The notes under the pieces are model-generated. The model was given only the letters and a program-made list of their open reading frames with translations. It made no database searches and was not told where the DNA came from. Source: Chrysomallon squamiferum (lineage: Eukaryota > Animalia > Mollusca). Taken from it: 64,000 nucleotides of DNA. Below, piece after piece: positions 25,001 to 36,802 of this stretch. The translations under genes were made by a program, and so were the position numbers. The number at the start of each line of letters is the position of its first letter. The stretch's first letter is position 1. The stretch spans positions 16,616,001 to 16,680,000 of the forward strand of contig CM022679.1 in NCBI GenBank assembly GCA_012295275.1. The letters are read 5' to 3'.

Positions 25001-27887
25001 TCAGCTAGAGCATTGTTATACAGTTAGGAAAGTAATTTACAGCTGGATGGCAGCTTTATGGATAAGATAAATTATGTTTAGACAGGTAATTTACTGAAAG
25101 AGTGGGAACAGATCTGTTAAAACTGTGTTTAATGTATTGATGATTCTCAATGAAAAAGTTTTGTTTTGTTTTTTGGCGATGTCTTTTTTCTTTTGTTCAG
25201 TTACAAATAAAAAATTTAAAAATCTGTTATAATCATAGTAATTTGTATTTATAATATACCTTTAGAAAATATTTTTCAAGTTCAGTTTTAATTATTTATT
25301 TTTTATTTTTGCATGATTTTGAATTTACTGAATTTGAATTTAAATTTGTGCATGCTGAGTTTTTTTATTTTTATGCATTTTGTTAGAATTATTTATATTC
25401 AAATGTATGTATATCATTAAACCCTAGTAAACTAGAAGATAATGATTTTATATATTTCTAAAACATAAGTCAGCTGTTTGATGACTGATATATAAAAATA
25501 AAGTTATAATACAATATATTCAAATAAACACTACAACAGCATTTGGTTTTGTTATCCATGAAAAGTATTAGTAAAATATAATTTTTGTTTTCCAGTGGAG
25601 GACCTGTTGGAGGGACTGCTCCTCCAGGTAAGTGATCGAATTTTGTTCTGTCGTATACCAGATGTGTATGTATGTGTGTGTATATATTTATGTTTGTTTT
25701 TATTTTGGTTTTCTCTCACAAAATCCACTTTTACTATTCAGGCTGATGGTTTTCCATTTTATCATGATATGATGTTGTATATGAAATGTAATAAAAAAAA
25801 GAGATTAATGGCTGATGGTTAAGTAATTTTTGACACTGCTACGTGCACTGTAATCATTTTCAATTTATAATTCCCCCTCCATCACAGCCCCAAAACCAGC
25901 ACCTTGGACACCGCCTGCTGCACCTGTGGCTCCAGTGGCTCCTGTAGCTTCTGCTCCTAAACCCTGGGCACCACCAGCACCTGCAGGTGGGCCTCGTGTT
26001 GGAGGGGCTCCCCCCAAGCCTACAGGAAAGAACATGTTCCGTGGAAAAGCTGGTGATGCTGTGATGAGAGCCCAAGATACTACTGGAACAACTGGAGTTC
26101 CAAAACTTGCAGTCTGTGCTTCTTGTGGAAACCAGATCAGGTACATCTTTACATGTGTTTATCAAAGCATTCCTTCAGTTTTTTATATTGCAGGATTCAG
26201 GTTTGTTAAAATGTCTGTTAGTGTAACTTCAGTTTTTTTCCACTATTTATGTGCATACTGATTCTTAAGTTGGTTAATCTTTTGATTAGAACATAATTTT
26301 AAAATTTGAAACCTAATTAAAAAGAAACCTGTACAATTTACTTTCATGCTAATTGGCATATTAGATTTTGTAAAGATGTTCAGTACATGCTACATAAGAA
26401 AAATCATTAAGTAATAATGTTTATTTTTTGAAGGGGTCCATTTGTCCTGGCCATGGGAAAGAGCTGGTGTCCAGATCACTTTGTTTGTGCCAATCCACGG
26501 TGTGGACGCAAACTGATAGACATTGGATTTGTTGAGGAGGGTGGATTCTTGTACTGTGAGAAGGATTATGAGATCTACTTCGCTCCTAAATGCTTCAAGT
26601 GTGGAGAGGCTGTAGTTGGCGTAAGATGGCTTCCTCATGTATTCAAAATACTGCAAAATAATCTTTAAACAGTCCATAGTCAAATTTTTTTATTTTTTCC
26701 CACATTGCTATTAATTTATTTCCTATTTATTGAAGATTATATACCTATTTCACATTTATAATGATGAACAATTAATTAAATGATGGAAAATATTAAAAAC
26801 TATTGTCTGCAGTCTGACAGTTAAATATATTTCATCAAAATCTAAGTCTACAGTTGCAAATCCTTTTGAAATAATTGTTTATATTTGTGTCTTGATAATG
26901 AAACATTAAATATTCTTTCAAATTATAGTATCCTCTTTAGTGATGTTTTTCTCAGAACTGTTTTCACTTCTTTCAGGAATGTGTTAATGCCTTGTCTAAC
27001 AGCTACCACCCGCAGTGCTTCACCTGCACACAGTGCCGTCAGCCAATTGGAGGAAACCAGTTCCACATTGAGGATGGCAAGCCATACTGTGAACATGGTG
27101 TGGAGAAATTTAAATGTCACAAAGAAAATGTTTTAAATCATATACATTAAAAAAAAATCAAGTTAATTAATGTTATTCTGATTCAGTCTGGTTACAGTGC
27201 AAAAAAACCCCTGGTTATTATTATGAAAAAAAAAGAATGATAGATAATAATATAAACCCAAATTCATTGTACCTGTATTAATCTAAAATATGTTTTATTT
27301 GTTCATTTTCATTTATTTAAACTAGTAATAAAATGTGCTCTCTTAGCATTAAGGCTGTTAAGTAACAAGTAATCTTGTCTTTTCAGACTGGGCCCAGATG
27401 TTCCAGACAATGTGCTTTGGCTGCAACTTCCCCATTGAGCCTGGTGACAAATGGGTGGAGGCTATGGGTCAGAACTTCCACTCGGAGTGCTTTAACTGTT
27501 CTGTATGAATATTTCTCTTTTGTTTATCCTTTTCTTGTCTCCTTTTAAATGTTCCTAGCAGCTGATTCCTGAAGAGATTACAAAATGATAACATTTTTCA
27601 AAAATAATATTACAGTAAAAAGATTGTTTAGTAGTAATAATTAAAAAAGGCATTTTCACATCTAAAACTGAAACATGTTTCTGAGACATTTAAAATTCTC
27701 AGAGATGTTAAATTCAATCAAATATTTTACAGATTTGGGTGAAGTATATATATTAAAAATAAGAAAAAAAGAAGGGTTTTTTTTTATTTCATTATTATTT
27801 CCATTTCAGACTTGCCAATGCAATCTGGAAGGCCAACCATTCTATGTGAAATCTGGCAAACCGTTCTGCAAGAAGCATATCCGCTGA
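14677..27887 (+). CDS. Zasp: PDZ and LIM domain protein, Zasp/ALP-Enigma (PDLIM/LDB3-like); 5'-partial, PDZ exons upstream of the window
   Basis: Phase-consistent GT-AG exons: 14677-14779, 18814-18944, 19393-19511, 20769-20976 (or 21394-21421), 24134-24361, 25596-25627, 25888-26140, 26434-26620, 26977-27097, 27387-27502, 27810-27887 (TGA). ZM motif YNTPIGLYSNANV, ALP-type motifs SKSFKQLQ and SRSFKHLQ, and three C-terminal LIM domains (IRGPFVLAMGKSWCPDHF..., GQPFYVKSGKPFCKKH). Confidence 0.92.
15031..15096. repeat. (TG)n microsatellite
   Basis: Direct inspection. Confidence 0.95.
15190..15334 (+). promoter_or_regulatory. Candidate internal promoter of Zasp (E-boxes plus TATA/CArG-like element)
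   Basis: CACCTG at 15200 and 15221, TATAAA at 15264 within CTATAAATGG, CpG-containing leader, Kozak-like GACCATG at 15335. Confidence 0.55.
15335..15349 (+). CDS. Zasp: Candidate alternative first coding exon of Zasp (MNQYR) giving a PDZ-less isoform
   Basis: ACCATG AAC CAA TAC AGG|gtttgt is a phase-0 donor matching the phase-0 acceptor at 18814. Confidence 0.5.
18814..18944 (+). CDS. Zasp: Zasp exon (NFNVAPKPFG...)
   Basis: ttacAG/GTATGA boundaries; resembles the N-x-x-P-x-P-F motif that follows PDZ in PDLIM proteins. Confidence 0.85.
19393..19511 (+). CDS. Zasp: Zasp exon with ALP-type motif 1 (HHSKSFKQLQTMID)
   Basis: ctttcAG/GTAAAA boundaries, phase 2 to 1. Confidence 0.85.
20769..20976 (+). 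CDS. Zasp: Zasp ZM-motif exon (RYNTPIGLYSNANVETTL)
   Basis: ttttcAG/GTAAAT boundaries, phase 1 to 2, canonical Zasp-like motif. Confidence 0.9.
21394..21421 (+). CDS. Zasp: Candidate 28-nt Zasp microexon (G-SPTRPPWQ-R), alternative to the ZM exon
   Basis: CTGAC branch point, ttccattttcAG acceptor, AG|GTATCA donor; phase 1 to 2, the same as the ZM exon. Confidence 0.6.
23100..23225 (+). mobile_element. Decayed SINE fragment (central domain)
   Basis: GTATGTACTATCCTGTCTGTAGGAAGGTGTCTATAAATGATTACTTTCTGCTAAT aligns by eye with copies at ~49450 and ~52230 and resembles a molluscan SINE core (recalled, not searched). Confidence 0.55.
24134..24361 (+). CDS. Zasp: Zasp symmetric cassette exon with ALP-type motif 2 (SETYKLIKEQE...HSRSFKHLQQQLE)
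   Basis: ttttcAG/GTAGGC boundaries, 228 nt, phase 2 to 2. Confidence 0.85.
24352..24520. repeat. Degenerate ~27-bp tandem repeat (AGCTGAAARRTAGNNGGTTGATNTAC-like) starting at the exon/intron junction
   Basis: About six AGCT-anchored units at ~27-nt spacing; looser ACAGCT-containing units continue to ~25090. Confidence 0.7.
25596..25627 (+). CDS. Zasp: Zasp 32-nt microexon (GGPVGGTAPP)
   Basis: ttttccAG/GTAAGT; required to convert phase 2 to phase 1. Confidence 0.85.
25888..26140 (+). CDS. Zasp: Zasp Pro/Ala-rich linker and start of LIM1 (CASC)
   Basis: cacAG/GTACAT boundaries. Confidence 0.92.
26434..26620 (+). CDS. Zasp: Zasp LIM1/LIM2 exon
   Basis: GPFVLAMGKSWCPDHFVCANPRC...YCEKDYEIYFAPKCFKC. 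Confidence 0.95.
26977..27097 (+). CDS. Zasp: Zasp LIM2 exon
   Basis: ECVNALSNSYHPQCFTCTQC...FHIEDGKPYCEH. Confidence 0.95.
27387..27502 (+). CDS. Zasp: Zasp LIM3 exon
   Basis: WAQMFQTMCFGCNFPIEPGDKWVEAMGQNFHSECFNCS. Confidence 0.95.
27810..27887 (+). CDS. Zasp: Zasp terminal coding exon
   Basis: TCQCNLEGQPFYVKSGKPFCKKHIR*. Confidence 0.95.
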   Translation, partial: TCQCNLEGQPFYVKSGKPFCKKHIR

Positions 27888-30800
27888 GTGGAGCCAGGCT
27901 AGTTGGCAGAGAATGTACAGACTGATGACCTGCTGTGATGTGTGACCTTTGTAGATTGACAAAACACTGCTTCCAACATTACATCTAGATACTGCATGAT
28001 ACACACCGTATCTCCGACACTGAAATCAATCCACATTTTGTTATAGTTCATTGTTGAGTTTGCCTGTTTATGAAATCAGTGATGTAACTGTGTAAGCTGA
28101 GGTAGTTTAATTGTATTTGGATTGCAAGGTTTAAATCTGTTTGCTTGTAAAGTTTCCAGAGTCAAATATGAAACCACATTATTTGGCACTTTTATTTGGT
28201 TGATCTTTTTATTTCTTCAGCAGTCACATTTTTATATTAATGTTTTTATGTGCAAGTTAGTTGTTAAACAATAATTCTAAAATGCTCACACAAATAAAAT
28301 ACGTCACATAATCAGGCATTGTTTTTAGCTTTTCCTTCTTGGTTTTTTTATTTTTTTATTTTTAATTTTACCTGTTTTTATAAAGCAGTTCTCAATAAAC
28401 AGAAAATGTTCACCTAAATGAATGTAGGATTTAAACAGTTATCAAGAATACAGTATTTTAAGTACTTAATGGAATGCTATTCATATTTGTACTTAGTATA
28501 TAACTGCTGATCAGTATGCTTAACTTATTAATGATTTTCTCACAGATGCATAGGCTTGAGATCATATATACATACATATATATATATATATATATCAGCT
28601 ATTGAAAACTTAATAGTTTGGTGTAAGTATCCTGTTAACAGTGTAAATACATTAATTTGTATTTTATTTAGTGTCGGAGTTTAAACTATTTTTTGGTAAA
28701 CAAAATGAGCTTGTAGTTTAAAAAAAATTCTTTGAAACCAATCTAAGTTTAAATGTGTACCTAAGATTAGTGTAAAGAAATTGGAAAAAATGTTTTTAAA
28801 GCCAATGTACTCAACAGATATATTTTCAGAAATAGTATTTTACACTGTAGATGTGACGGTAAGCTCTACCATGTTGGTCATTCTCTTGAATATGTGTATT
28901 TATAGCCTTGTAATAAACATTTAAATTTTGCAAGCATATTTATTTGTTTTGTTATGATGTGCTTAATTATGCATTAAATGTGGTTGGTTTGTAGTATATA
29001 GCTGACTTAAATCTATATGTATATAATTATATAAATATATATAAAATACTTATTTTTGGGAACCTGTCAGTTTGTAAATTGACTAACATTAGTTTTATCT
29101 GTATATAGCTATTTAGCATCATGCATAATGTAAACAGGTTTATGTTCACAAAGCATACCTGCACTACACATGCTTTTACAAATACATGCATCCACCAACA
29201 TAAATTTTAATGCCAAAAAAACATTTTGAAAATGTTATTGGCCTCATAACCATAAAAACATTTAGACTATAACATATCTCTGTATTTTCATTACATAAAG
29301 TATATTTTTACTGTTTTTAAGCTTATTAATGTCTTTTATATATATATATATATACACACACACACATAAAATGTTTTATTAGGGTTTGTACAGATTTCCC
29401 TGGAACTTGAGTGTTAATTGCTAATCTGACCAAGGTTTAAAAGAATTTCAGCTAGATTTGTATAAAGTTTTAAAAAACAACAGTTAATTTATGTTTTCTG
29501 AAAACACTCTTGCTTTAAAATAATAAGAATCACTGAATTAGTGTTCCTAGTTAGTTACACGGGGAAAATCTTTGGGAATGATTCACAAGTAATTTGAGTG
29601 GTATATTTTTTGACAAATAGGGAAAATCTAGAAAGTATTTTTGAATTTGTCTTCAACAAATTATGAGACATGTTTTGTGACTATTTAATAACCACCTCCA
29701 TGTATTCTGTCAGCAGGTAGCCTAAGTGTCGTTGCAGTAAATATTGTTAATAATGGATTGTTTTCATATAAGTGTATTGTAATTATTTAACATATTTAGA
29801 ATGCAATCATGTTTGCGCAATGTCTTTTTTTTCTGTGAGTGTTAAAGTACTATGAAAATTAAAATTGAAAAATTGTTATTTTCATAATTTGGATTATTGT
29901 GAATCTTAGAATAAACCTGCAAAATCTGATGTTTCACTTGTTTTTGTTTTTCTTTTCTTGTTTTATGAATATATTATCCAAAAAAACTATTGTTTAAAAC
30001 AGCATGTTATAATTCTATGAAAAGGGGTTCTGTTTACTAGATATGTTGTTTGATGTTAAGATTTTTCCTTCTGATTATTAACTCTTTTATTTTTAAATTA
30101 TTTATTGTTGTTGTTTACCATTTTCAAAAAATTTACTGGAGAAAATAAAAAGAATAACTAATTTTAATGATTATTTAAATGCAAAAAATATTAATAAGTT
30201 ACACAAAAAGCAAGCAACTCTGCTGTCAAATTGCTGTATTTGTTTTTTTTGAATATTAAAAACACTATTACTCAAATTTATGATAATGTTTATATAATTT
30301 TAATGTGTTAATCTAAATTTGTATGTGCACAAAAAGAAAGAGGATAGTACTTAATATACAGAATGGTAAATTATAACATGTGAATGTTTTTCGAAAGAGA
30401 AATAAGAATGTTCCAGACTTACTGAAGATCATGATCTAACCGACAGCAAGCAGAGATAAAAAAAACAAATTTATGTTGTGCCATTTTAATGTTATGAAGA
30501 AAACAGGGAATGCTTATTAAATAATGAACATGTAGATCAATACTGTCGAATTCTTGTAGATCTCGAGTTCAAACAAAATTACACAACATTTTCATTATTT
30601 GTTTATTTAATGAATGTAACAGAAGTCACTACATAACTGAATTGTTTTTGCAGTTTTTGTTTTTGTTTGACTGTATTGTTGTAGTAGCAAACATTAGCAT
30701 CAATGTCTAAAAGATCGTTAAAAGTCATACAAATTAACAAATCTTCAGTTAATCAAGGTGGCAGTTAAGTCTTGATTTAAAAATAAGTAACAGACATCAT

Positions 30801-31215
30801 AATATACTGAAATTATACAAGATCATTACAAAACTAACAAGACTTTTCACTGTGTAAATAAATTTCGTTGTCTTGCCTAATCTGTTTTCTTCTTTTTAGA
30901 ATTAATGTGCTATTTATCTTCCTCCAAGATGCTGTTTAATTCTGACTGGTATAAAAATGTTACAGAAGAATAATTTTGGAACTTACAGTCAACATGTATT
31001 TCTGCCCTTAATGTCCAAGTTTTAAAAATATTTAAAATTGGTGATTAGTTACTAAAATGCATGTCTATGTGTTAATATGGTTTCACAGTGTGACCTTAAT
31101 TTACTTTCTGATGCTAATTACTGAATGTGAGAAATACTTTTGCATACATGCCATTTTGAAATAACAAAATTCTTAGCCATACATTTATTTGTCACCAGAT
31201 TTTGAAATCAATGAG

Positions 31216-31249
<34 letters not shown>

Positions 31250-31495
31250 ATAATAACAATAATATTAATTAATATATTTCTTCAAGAATCCATGTACACT
31301 TTTTGACCACTGTGCATTAAAACCGAGCATGCTACTTTTATTATTATGCATCTCCCCCAACAACCCACTTTTCATAACTCTGATGAAAAGGTGAAAAATA
31401 TATTACTGAAGTTTTCTCTCTAGAAAATTTCTTATGTGCTAAAGTACATGCAAAAAGATTAAGTGATTGCTATGGTCAGGACAAAATTCACCATC

Positions 31496-31535
<40 letters not shown>

Positions 31536-31809
31536 TTCTTAAATTCTTTTTTCAACAATCTGCAAAAATAAAGTTAAATGTGTTAACATGCTTTTCCTTC
31601 TGATTCCGATATCCTTATCTCCTGGGTCTGAAATTCAATTATGTCAACTTATGAAATTACTTTAATCTGCAAAGTAGATTACTTTGTTATTATTGTTATT
31701 GTTGTTGTTTTTAAATATATCGTTTCATTTGTTTATTTACTTCTAATTTTGACATAACAGTGAAAAAAAAAGTTTGTTTTAGATACTGGTTTAAATTAAA
31801 ATTGGGTGC

Positions 31810-32230
31810 ACTATATTCCGGTTTGTTTTCCTCGTTCGTCTTCACACTAACGTGTCTCAGCTCCCACGAAAATTAGAGATCTCGAAAAATCACACTGAAC
31901 ACGAGACTGGGTAACCAGTTATGCTATTGATGAAAATTAAAAAAAAAAAAAAAACAATCTTCCAAGCGCTTCCTTATCCCATAATGCATTTCGAGCCACG
32001 TCCGCAGCCGCCATACCGGAGAACGTGTAGCAAGCTAGCAGACGTAACAAAATGAATATTTTCAGACTTATTGGTGATATGTCCCATCTTTTAGCCATCT
32101 TTATATTGATGGCTAAAATGTGGAAGACTAGATCTTGTGCAGGTAACATTTTAAGGTTGCATCATGATCAAATAATGAAGTAATTTAAGTTTCTTAATAA
32201 CAGTTAATGATCATTTGACACGTCGGCGTT
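31810..32230 (+). promoter_or_regulatory. KDELR promoter/5' region: CpG-enriched, with XBP1/CREB3-type ACGT motifs
   Basis: Local CpG cluster in a CpG-poor window; GCCACGT at 31995, TGACACGTC at 32216, further ACGT cores. Confidence 0.55.
32052..32142 (+). CDS. KDELR: KDELR exon 1
   Basis: ATG...TGTGCAG|GTAACA, 91 nt. Confidence 0.97.
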
Positions 32231-35200
32231 AACTAACTTCAAATAAAATTTCATTTCAGATTGTTAGCTGAAGTATGATATTATAACCAGTGAATAATAG
32301 TTTTAAAATATGTAAATAGAATTTTAGAAAGTAATGCACTTAAGAATATAGATCTGTTACTAATTAAACTGCTCTGTATAGCTGACAAGTCCTCAACAGA
32401 AAAATCTTACAAAAATAAATATAAAATACCGACTAATTAACAAATTAAAAGATATTTATGGAAAGAAAATTAAATAAACATATTGTTAAAAGAAACCTCA
32501 CATTACCCCCACTGTGCAGATTATTAAAAAAAAACAAATCATTGATTTTTAAACATATCTAAAATAATTAGTGATTGATTTCATTACTCGTCCATGTATT
32601 TCATTTTCGTTTTTTTTAAAACTAAACTTAATAACTTTAATTATGAAAACCCCATACATTTTGAATATTCTTTTTAAGCAAAGTAAGATTAGTATTCAGA
32701 AAACAATTATTTTCAGATGGCTTTTATTTTTGCAAAGAAAGAAGTACAAGTTATTTAGAATTAAATGAATTTTAGTTATTCAGATACTGGTTAATTTTAT
32801 TTATAAATTCATTTTAAAAAGTCATAACAATGCAAGAGTAGTTGGAAACTGTTAATATTAGGAATAGTTTAAGTGGGATATTTCATTTAATATTTGACAT
32901 TGTTTTTATTTATTTATTTATTTTATTATTATTATTATTATATTTTTGTTTGTTGTAACCTAAAGTTGCTGCTAGAATGTTTAAAAAGAAACACATCTCT
33001 GTTTACTGTTTATATGCATTAAAAAATATCTTGCACCTTTCAACTGTCACCTAGTCTGCACTCACTACATTTCTGCGTACCTCCCTTGAATAACAGAAAA
33101 CTATAATTAAGGAAAATTATCAAATTGATTTTTAATGTGATGACTATAAAATATTAACATTTTAAAGCAAAACAAAAATCAAAATCTTTGCATGTATAAT
33201 TCACAAATATTAAGAAACATCTGAAGCACAGCATTATAACCTAACATTAAGAGTTTACTTTGATTGAAAATAATTTTTTGTTACAGTTTCTTAAATTTTA
33301 TTTTATTTAAATGCTTTTGTTAGTTTTTAATAATGGTTTTAGTCAAGAAAAACTAGGTGGCAATTTAAAAACTTTCATGTATAATTCTTTAAGAAAAGAA
33401 GAAAAATATTGTTTATGGAATGAATAAATGGATATATGCTTTGTTTTGTGTATTTATAAAGCAGCCACTGCTTACTGTATTGTTTCACTGAAGTTTAAAA
33501 AAGGTCTTCAGCATTTTAATCCCCCAAATATTTAAATTATTTAACATTTTATTCACTTCAACTAAAATTTGTTAATTATTATTATTCATGAAATGCTGTT
33601 CTTATTTTTTTTCTAGGTATATCAGGCAAAAGCCAGATCATGTTTGCTCTGGTGTTCTGTACACGATACCTTGATCTGTTTACATCATTCATATCAATAT
33701 ACAACACTGCAATGAAGGTTTTCTTCATTACATCGTCCCTTTTCACAGTTTATCTTATGTTCTTCAAATTCAAGGCCACATATGATAGCAACCATGACTC
33801 GTTCAGAATGGAATTCCTAATTGTACCTGTTGGTGGCTTAGCATTTTTGGTCAATCATGATTTTACACCTATTGAGGTATGTATTTATTAACATCGTCCT
33901 TGTTATTGAGTAAAATATTCTAAGAACAAATTAACTATCACAAATTTATCATAATTTTGGTTTTACTAATTTATATTATTCTTTTTTTTTTTTTTTTTTA
34001 CTTTGTTTTTGTACAAGGTGTCATTGTTAACATTTAATTAAATAATTTTAAGAAAAATTAAATTTAATAATTATTTCTTACTGTGTGGACAATAATCTTT
34101 GAAAAGTTAAAACTGTGATTAAGACATTTTTTAAATTTTTTTTTCCCCTCTTCCTAGATTCTGTGGACCTTCTCAATTTACCTGGAATCTGTGGCTATTC
34201 TACCACAACTGTTCATGGTTAGCAAGACTGGTGAAGCTGAAACCATCACAAGTCATTACTTGTTTGCATTGGGATCCTACAGAGCTTTGTACCTTCTTAA
34301 CTGGGTGTACCGCTATTACTTTGAGGGGTTCTTTGATTTGATAGCAGTTGTTGCTGGATGTGTACAGACAATACTGTATTGTGATTTCTTCTATTTGTAC
34401 ATCACTAAAGGTAAGCTTTGGCTTTGGTAAAGGATTGAAAATTAACAATTCAAAAAAGTGTTGTTTATTTTTGATATAGTTTTGTATTGTCTGAAAGTGC
34501 TCCAATACTTGTTTCTTAAAAATGGTGGCAGGTTTTTGTTCAGCTATGTGCTTGACATGAATTAAGATACAAGTAGTAAACTGTATTAACACTGAGCTGT
34601 TTAATGTTAGTAATGCAGAACCATTTCATTTTGTTAACTTAGTATTTTAATAGTTTTACTGAACATATGTATGAACTTCTTTAATTATGCATCAATGAAA
34701 AATCTTAGAATACATTGGAGAGTTTGCTGAACTGAAAATGTTATCATAGGGTTATATTTTTTAAAAATTTATTGTCTAATAACAACTACAAAGAACAGTA
34801 CGTAATCATTTTAACATCAGGCTACAAGATATAATTAAGTGAAACTACTATATAAGAAACAGCTCAGGTTTGCACAACCTTTTTTAATGATGGATACTTT
34901 ATAATTATAATTTTTTTCATATATACTTTTGCTCCTAGATAAAATTTAATGTTTAATATCCAAGGTAAAAAATAAATATTTTCAATATAATAAAATAACC
35001 TTTTCAGGCCAGTACAAAGCTATAAAGGATATGAGGTATGCATAGATAAGCAGATCTTTATAATTTTTTAAAAACCTTTTTGGTTTTTGGCTTTCAAATG
35101 CATGGGCACCTTAGTATAGTTTATTAAAAGGGCAGTGGAAACGTTTGATTTCATTTGCTTGGTAAATATTAAGTTTTTGTTTGTGTTAAAAAACTTAGTG

Positions 35201-36802
35201 TGGACTAACCAAATTAAATACTGTGAAACCTGTTAAACTTAACATAAAAATATTTTTAAGTGTTTTTCTTTATACGTAATTTAAAGATGAAGGAAATAAT
35301 TTTTTTTTTTTACAGAACTAAATTTGTTCATAAATACTTTCAATATTTAATCTCTTTCTTCTTTCTTCTGCTGAACTTTAATTGAGGCTACAACAATCAA
35401 GGAATTTCTTTTTTTAAAGATAATGTAGATGGTAAATGTATTTTATCTATCCATGGTATCATAATTATATCTACTTTAGACCCTGCATCAAAACAGTAAT
35501 TAAAAGCAAACTTTATTAATAATTAAAAATGCATGTGTTTTTGGTATATTCTTTCATTCGGTTGATAAAGTTAGAATATTTTCTTGTTTGATTTAATTTA
35601 TTATTACATACCTGATACCACCTGCTAGTTAATAAACTTTTTAATAAACTTGAATTTAAATTTTAAAATATATATTTGGTTTTGTTTTATGATACCTTAT
35701 TATATTTATTTATTATTTTTTTAACCAATCTAAATGTAATGCCCATGAATTATATCTAATGTTTGGGAAATTGAACTTTGCATGGTGCATTATTACATAT
35801 CTCAAGAATTACTGTGTGATTATTAGACTTATATAACTTGTTTTTTTATTATTTATATTGGCCTTGTACATTAAACATTGCAATGCCTAAGTTTTGCACT
35901 TGTTATTAAAGTCTCCGTCTAAGGAAATATGATGTACCTTGGTTGTGATTTTCACTGAAAGCTTATTTGCAGGATTTAAGTTAATTCATGCCTTCACAGA
36001 GAAGTACTTTTCATTGAACAGTTCATTCTTGTTTATTTGTCCGATTAATATATAACTTTATAAGGGTATTGTAACTAAACAGAATAATAAAATCAACATG
36101 TATATCAAAGCATGTTACTTTTTAACATAATTAATCACCAATCGATCCATTAATAATCCTTTTTCTGATTGCATCTTTTATGTGCTGTCATACTAATGTA
36201 GATTTCAACTGATATTTAATGCAATAAAAATAGCCATCAGTGCATGAACTTGAAAACTGGATGTTCGGATAAAGAAAATATTCTGAAGTGGGTTTTCAAC
36301 CTATCCACCTTTGTGCATTTCTTTATATGCATAACAGCATAAAAAATTGCTTATTTTGTATATTTGTATATATTTCCAGTTTAATTATATCAGCTACTGT
36401 TTTAATAATTTCAAGAATTTTTAAGAATGATAGTTTCAGTGAAAGGAACTGAAGAAAAGCTGTGGGTCTGTTTCTGTAATTTCTTGCTATAATTTAAGAT
36501 TTCTAATAGTACCTTACTTATTACAAAAATTTTTATTAATTATTTCTTTATTATTATTACTTATTTTAAAGATATATGAAAGTGAACTATATTGGTATTG
36601 GAGCATTTTCATCACAATATGAGCTGTTTCAATTTGTAACACTGAAATTTAATTTTAGGATCTGTTATCAAGCAATAATTCACAAAAATAGTTTTTTAAA
36701 AGTGTAGAATGTCCTTTTCACATTGTAATTCTTGTCTTTTTTAATAACCAATTTCTTCTATTTTCAGTTTTGAAGGGAAAGAAATTAAGTCTACCAGCCT
36801 AA
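32052..36802 (+). CDS. KDELR: ER lumen protein-retaining (KDEL) receptor, ERD2 family, complete, 212 aa
   Basis: Exons 32052-32142, 33617-33876, 34158-34410, 36768-36802 total 639 nt. [13 protein letters not shown]...KTRSCAGISGKSQ...[16 protein letters not shown]...[22 protein letters not shown]. Confidence 0.98.
33617..33876 (+). CDS. KDELR: KDELR exon 2
   Basis: ttctAG/GTATGT; GISGKSQ...HDSFRMEFL...PIE. Confidence 0.97.
34158..34410 (+). CDS. KDELR: KDELR exon 3
   Basis: cctAG/GTAAGC; [11 protein letters not shown]...YITK. Confidence 0.97.
36768..36802 (+). CDS. KDELR: KDELR exon 4 ([11 protein letters not shown])
   Basis: ttttcAG acceptor, conserved C-terminus, TAA. Confidence 0.95.

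Noticed and set aside
25860-26165. Minus-strand Gly/Ala-rich ORFs
   Set aside because: Antisense shadow of the Pro/Ala-rich Zasp exon.
35905-35950. Possible alternative KDELR last exon ([11 protein letters not shown])
   Set aside because: The available AG gives the wrong phase for the 34410 donor.
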